In this document: in pieces, positions 59,582-64,000 of the stretch | Position numbering within the stretch: position 1 is the first letter of the stretch | Layout of the letters: every line of letters starts with the position of its first letter | Source of the DNA: an uncultured Anaerolineales bacterium | Lineage (GTDB): Bacteria > Chloroflexota > Anaerolineae > B4-G1 > SLSP01 | Assembly: GCA_964504195.1 (NCBI GenBank) | Contig: CAZDDI010000012.1 | Coordinates: forward strand, 13,284 to 77,283 | Direction: 5' to 3' | DNA: 64,000 bases | Notes under the pieces: generated by a model | What the model was told of the DNA's origin: nothing | Database searches by the model: none | The model's input: only the letters and a program-made list of their open reading frames with translations | Position numbers and translations under genes: made by a program

Positions 59582-60622
59582 TTACGCCTTCCGGCTATAC
59601 GCCGTCTCCCCCATCAACGCCGCCGGCACGGGCAAATCAATCATCCGCTTCAGCCCCGGCGTGGCGGCGACGACGTGCGGGATCATGTTGACTGTGATGC
59701 CCATCGTGGCGATGCCGCCCGCGATTTCGGGCTTCACGGCCATGTGGATTTCCGGCTTGCCGTAGATGTTGATGTAATCGCCGGTGTCCTGGTTCTCCAG
59801 GTGCGGGTGAATCTGCTGCGGATGCACCAGCTTGATGACTTCCTTATCGCCGCTGTAGCCGATGCCGATGTGGGAACAGCCCGCCACCATACCCGGCTCG
59901 ACAACGACGTGCGGTGTCTCGCGGCGGACGTTGCTGATGATGGGTTCACGGCTCTGCTCGATGCGATCCACGCCCAGGCCCAGCGCGTCGCTAATCATGT
60001 GGATGGATTCGGGGAAGCCCACATGCCCCACGATGGAGCCATCCGCCACGCCCGCGCGGAACGCTTCGGGCGTCGTGCCCACGCCCTGCGTGCGCATCAC
60101 GGTCGGGCCGTAGGGGCTGAGGTCATTCACGCGCGAGGCCTCGATGCGCTCGACGGTGTGATTGCCGCCGGTGAGGACGACCACGAGCAAATCCAGCACG
60201 AAGCCGGGGTTGACGCCCGTACCCAGGACGGAAACGCCGTGCTTCAGCGCCAGCGCGTGCAGCTCATCGGCCAGATCGGGACTCTGCGCCCAGGGGTCGG
60301 CCATCTCCTCGGCGATGGAGACGCAGTTGATGCCCGCCTCGATGATTTTGGTCAGGTCGCCCATCTGCTCCGCCACCCACGAGGTGGTGGCGATGACGAC
60401 GATGTCCACAGCGTCCTTATCCAGCACCGTTTCCGGCTTGTCGGTCACGGTTACGCCGAGCGTCTTGCCGACTTTCAGCACCTCGCCCAAATCCTTGCCG
60501 ATGTAATCGGGCCGCGCATCCACCGCCGCCACGATCTGCAAGCCGGATTTCTCCAGCATCAGCCGGGCCATCCCGCTGCCCATCGCCCCCAAACCCCACT
60601 GCAACACACGAATCGGTTTCAT
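59582..60622 (-). CDS. ord: 2,4-diaminopentanoate dehydrogenase
   Basis: WGLGAMG, LGTGVNPG, SRVNDLSPYG, GHVGF.ES, HPQQ; first gene of the ort/ora operon. Confidence 0.92.
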   Translation of the reverse strand: MKPIRVLQWGLGAMGSGMARLMLEKSGLQIVAAVDARPDYIGKDLGEVLKVGKTLGVTVTDKPETVLDKDAVDIVVIATTSWVAEQMGDLTKIIEAGINCVSIAEEMADPWAQSPDLADELHALALKHGVSVLGTGVNPGFVLDLLVVVLTGGNHTVERIEASRVNDLSPYGPTVMRTQGVGTTPEAFRAGVADGSIVGHVGFPESIHMISDALGLGVDRIEQSREPIISNVRRETPHVVVEPGMVAGCSHIGIGYSGDKEVIKLVHPQQIHPHLENQDTGDYINIYGKPEIHMAVKPEIAGGIATMGITVNMIPHVVAATPGLKRMIDLPVPAALMGETAYSRKA

Positions 60623-60768
60623 CTTCAAGCTCCTTTGGTAAATTTTTAATACATCTGATATGTTTCTGAGTAACCGACGACCGGAGACATACGACCGAAT
60701 TCACTCGGCAAAGTCCACTCATCGGTCAAATTGAAAATTGTTACCCGGTAGCAATTTGAGCCGCTGGA

Positions 60769-61332
60769 TTACTCTGCATATTTGGCATTTTTCTTCTTGA
60801 CGCGGCGTTTTCTAGGCTCGTATTCCTGCCAATGGATGCGGTGTGCGTCATGCTTGGTATGCGGCGATTTTTCCTCAGCCGGATACCCCACATACACCAT
60901 CCCCAGCGGCGTGACCTCTTCGGGAATGTTCAGAATCTCCTGTACCGGCTTGATGACGCTAGGGAGGGGGTAAATACCGATCCATACACTGCCGAGGCCC
61001 AACGCGGTCGCTGCCAGCAGGATATTTTCGATAGCCGCGCTGCAATCCTGAATCCAAAAATGCTGGGCGGCAGAATTGTGGGCAATCTTGAGATTACCAC
61101 AGACCACAATCGCCGCTGGGGCATTGTAACGCGCAAATTTCAACTTGGCGCGCAGTGCATCGAGTTTTTCCTCTTCGGTGATAACGATAAATTCCCAGGG
61201 CTGGCTATTGCAGGCGGTCGGCGCGGCCATCCCAGCTTGCAGGAGCATCTCCAGTATCTCCGTGGATACTGGCTGCGCCTGATAGTGCCGGATGCTGCGC
61301 CGGCGGAGAAAGAGTTGGATGGATTCGAGCAT
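60769..61332 (-). CDS. Nitroreductase family protein
   Basis: RRSIR, AAPTA.N.QPWEF, ENILLAA..LGLGS.WIG. Confidence 0.92.
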   Translation of the reverse strand: MLESIQLFLRRRSIRHYQAQPVSTEILEMLLQAGMAAPTACNSQPWEFIVITEEEKLDALRAKLKFARYNAPAAIVVCGNLKIAHNSAAQHFWIQDCSAAIENILLAATALGLGSVWIGIYPLPSVIKPVQEILNIPEEVTPLGMVYVGYPAEEKSPHTKHDAHRIHWQEYEPRKRRVKKKNAKYAE

Positions 61333-61475
61333 CAGAACGTCCTCACTAAGCCTGCCACTTCGCGCCGGATAAACTCGTGGCGAAGCGATTCCTTTGAAAG
61401 AGAGTCTAAGGGCAATCAACTTAAAGGAAAGCCCAAAATGGCCGGTTTTAATGGTCTATTTGTCACATTGGTGTA

Positions 61476-61607
61476 TTTAACTCAAGTTGCCACTTGCTGA
61501 TTCAAAGATTTAGGATGCGGATTTTATGGATCACACGGATTTTTTGCTGGTTCTTATCGTAAAATCTGTGTAAATCCGTGTCCTATAAACATTCTGGCAA
61601 ACAGGTA
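61476..61607. repeat. Dispersed ~125-bp repeat, copy 3
   Basis: tttaa.tca.gttgccac.tg..ctgattca.agattt...ctggttcttatc..taaaatctgt...ctataaa.attct.gc.aacaggta shared with 18706-18830. Confidence 0.75.
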
Positions 61608-61684
61608 GCCCCAATTTATCTTTGCCCCTGTGCAAGTGCGCGTGGTCGCAAAACTTTGGCGTGTACTAATTTATAATATAAGTA

Positions 61685-61713
61685 TTGACTTTATATTATA
61701 AATACACTATAAT
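61685..61713 (+). promoter_or_regulatory. Sigma70 promoter of the secreted protease gene
   Basis: TTGACT-17 bp-TATAAT; RBS AAGGAGG before ATG 61755. Confidence 0.75.
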
Positions 61714-61754
61714 TATCTGTATAATCTCCATTTGAACCGATAAGGAGGCTAACC

Positions 61755-63620
61755 ATGGTCAACATACTGGACAACAGCCGTCGCAATGCCCACCCCGTGT
61801 TATGGGCCGTGCGTCTGGCATTTTCACTGGTATTGGTGATGGGGCTGATCTGGGGAGACGCAACCTGGGCATATAAGGTTAACAGCGCACCCAACCCACC
61901 CCCTCACATCACAAGCCTCGCACAAATCCCCATCGCCGTACACCGTCGCGCGGCACAACACCTGGAGGAAATGCGTGGTAGCGAGATGGCTCCAGGGTGG
62001 GAATATGCCATTCTGGAAGATAATGTGCGCTATCTTTTCCGCCCCGATGATCAACAAAACCCGGCGTATTACGAAATTTCGGTCATCATAGTAGATGAAA
62101 CTGGGAAACCTACCCCTGCCGGCTTCATCATCCTCGCCGCCAACGAGAACGATGTTCCTATTCCCCACTGGGATTTTACCGGCGACTCGCCCACCCGCAT
62201 TCTTGATCTGGAAGCCGAAAGCCCCATTCAGACTTACTATAAACTGGACACACTCTCGTATGTCGCAGAAGATAGGTACGGCAACATTATAGCCCGCCTG
62301 GGGCAACTTCCGCCTAAGATCGAAGGCATGGACATGGCCTGGCTGGATCAGGAGCAGGAACTGGGCGAATCCACCTGGATTCCTGACACCACCATCCCCG
62401 ACGACCAGGGAGCCGGCACAATCAGCGGCACATTAATCATCTCCGGCACGGTCACGCCGCCCGCTGAATTGAAGATTTCCGGATGGGAATCTTGGCAAGA
62501 GCTAAAAGCCGGTTACTCGGAAAGCTACGGCGTTTTTCTGGAGCAACAACGGCGTGAAGCCAGTGAGTTTTGGCAAGGAGAACAGGCCGATCTGGAGCAT
62601 GGCGTTGTCCTTGTCAAGGAACAAATTTATGATATGGCGCTGTTATGGGCCGGGCCGGATGTGACGCTCACTGGCCCTGGCGTTGCCTACATCACCACAC
62701 AGGTAATTTCTCAGGGCGTTGATTTACCCGAGTTTTTCAGGGTTGTCGTCGCCAGCAATGTACCGGTCGGGTTGACGCCCTTTACAGCAACTGTGTCCTA
62801 TGACAATAACGTACAAGAAACAGTGCGTTTCCAGATCATGGAACAACATCACATTTACCTCCCCTCAGTGCTCTCCAGCCATAATGGCAGCGCAGCAGCC
62901 AGATCGCTGGCAATAGCCGGAGAAGCAAGGGGATATACATCTGATACGATTAGGGCCAATTGGAGCAGTTGGAATGTTTTCTGGGCTGGCACACACGCTG
63001 CGCAGCGACAGTACAACCAGATCTCGGCTGGCTCACCGCCCAACACTTCCGGCTGTTGGAGCGGCTGTGGAGCCACGGCCTGGGGGATGCTGTTCGGATG
63101 GGCGGATAACCAGGCTGCCAGCGGCAATCCTTACTGGGCCGGGCGTTGGGGTCTCTACCGGCAGAACGGCGGTTACGGCGCGAATGTAGTTGCGCCGCAA
63201 AATATGGATACAGGTGTGCGGAATATGATTTGGGAGATCCGCGGGCGCATCAATACTTTCTGTGCCTTCGGCAGTGGGGCAACGGCACCCTGGAATATGG
63301 GTCAAGCCGCCGGTTACTTAATCAACCGCTCAGGAACCAGCCTTTCCACCCACTACAACGTCTTGGGAATTCACACGGGCGGGTTGCGTGATCGGGCGCG
63401 CGATTCCATCATTTACCGTGGCACCCCGGCCATCATCGGTACAGGGTGGCTCACTCACTACCCATTGGCCTACGGCTACCGCTGGCGTTCGCGACGCCGC
63501 TGTTTCATCGCCTGCTGGACAGAATACGACCGCCAGTTTTATGTTAATCAAGGGTGGGGTGGCAATGGAAATGGTTGGGTTTCCGCCGGCACATGGTTCG
63601 CTGGCGAGATTCGACCTTAA
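61755..63620 (+). CDS. Secreted papain-fold cysteine protease, streptopain (C10)-like
   Basis: Signal peptide; prodomain-like GFIILAA...VPI; SGCGATAW, THYPLAYGY, YVNQGWGG.GNGW. Confidence 0.7.
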   Translation: MVNILDNSRRNAHPVLWAVRLAFSLVLVMGLIWGDATWAYKVNSAPNPPPHITSLAQIPIAVHRRAAQHLEEMRGSEMAPGWEYAILEDNVRYLFRPDDQQNPAYYEISVIIVDETGKPTPAGFIILAANENDVPIPHWDFTGDSPTRILDLEAESPIQTYYKLDTLSYVAEDRYGNIIARLGQLPPKIEGMDMAWLDQEQELGESTWIPDTTIPDDQGAGTISGTLIISGTVTPPAELKISGWESWQELKAGYSESYGVFLEQQRREASEFWQGEQADLEHGVVLVKEQIYDMALLWAGPDVTLTGPGVAYITTQVISQGVDLPEFFRVVVASNVPVGLTPFTATVSYDNNVQETVRFQIMEQHHIYLPSVLSSHNGSAAARSLAIAGEARGYTSDTIRANWSSWNVFWAGTHAAQRQYNQISAGSPPNTSGCWSGCGATAWGMLFGWADNQAASGNPYWAGRWGLYRQNGGYGANVVAPQNMDTGVRNMIWEIRGRINTFCAFGSGATAPWNMGQAAGYLINRSGTSLSTHYNVLGIHTGGLRDRARDSIIYRGTPAIIGTGWLTHYPLAYGYRWRSRRRCFIACWTEYDRQFYVNQGWGGNGNGWVSAGTWFAGEIRP

Positions 63621-63635
63621 CTACAACTACAACTA

Positions 63636-63676
63636 AATGCGGGGCGACACGCTTTCATAGCGCGTCGCCCCGCATT
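63636..63676 (+). terminator. Hairpin after the protease gene
   Basis: aatgcggggcgac ... gtcgccccgcatt. Confidence 0.6.
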
Positions 63677-63844
63677 CATGTCACCATTGCGAGCCACGTC
63701 TCTGCGAACGCCCCGTTCGTCTGTGAACGGCGCAATCTCAACCGCAGACGGTTCGTAGCACGATAATGAAAATCAAGAAAATGAACCGGAAATAAAACCA
63801 TTTGCAAGAATTACTTCTTAAAAAATTACAAATTGAGAATTTTA

Positions 63845-63996
63845 CCCCACCCCCTTGCCCCTCCCCACGCCGCTGTGCGGCGCGGGGGAGAAGAATAACG
63901 GGGTTTTTGGGCGGCGGCTTCGCCGCCCAAAAACCCCACAAAAAAAGCCCCCCTTTCCCCCGCTTGCGGGGGAAAGGGGGCAGGGGGATAGGGGGT
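63845..63996. repeat. Cluster of G/C-run palindromic REP-like hairpins
   Basis: ggggtttttgggcggc-ggcttc-gccgcccaaaaacccc; cccctttccccc-gcttgc-gggggaaagggg. Confidence 0.75.
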
Positions 63997-64000
63997 ATCA

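Overview
GC-rich bacterial chromosomal segment. Chloroflexota/Anaerolineae is inferred from gene content (tandem DarA-like genes, GT39, a 'YLP'-motif secreted protein, heptamer intergenic repeats), not from a marker gene. Core genes: a xanthine-dehydrogenase-family operon with an embedded DUF6909-like gene, an ECF transporter, tRNA-Leu(TAG), pgm/rsfS, three M42 peptidases, a maltodextrin-type ABC transporter, trmI, a B12-binding subunit with meaB, tsaC, recR-ebfC-dnaX, a four-subunit 2-oxoacid:ferredoxin oxidoreductase, a Na+-pumping carboxybiotin decarboxylase, the ornithine oxidation operon ord-ortA-ortB-oraS-oraE, and a streptopain-like secreted protease. Several small defence/toxin-antitoxin insertions lie between these genes, co-oriented with the host operons: MTase-MNT-HEPN-mazF remnant-NERD helicase-YgiT; an amino-MTase with an NgoMIV-like REase; a truncated antitoxin; AIPR-HicBA-HigBA. 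No integrase or transposase is visible. Many gene junctions carry palindromic or heptamer repeats from several families, and one REP-like family has entered a glycosyltransferase gene in frame. The most notable signals are the repeat-delimited cassette-like defence genes with truncated or chimeric remnants, the in-frame repeat insertion, and the nucleoside-phosphorylase-like gene coupled to the XDH genes. All family assignments come from motif recognition by eye; no database search was run.
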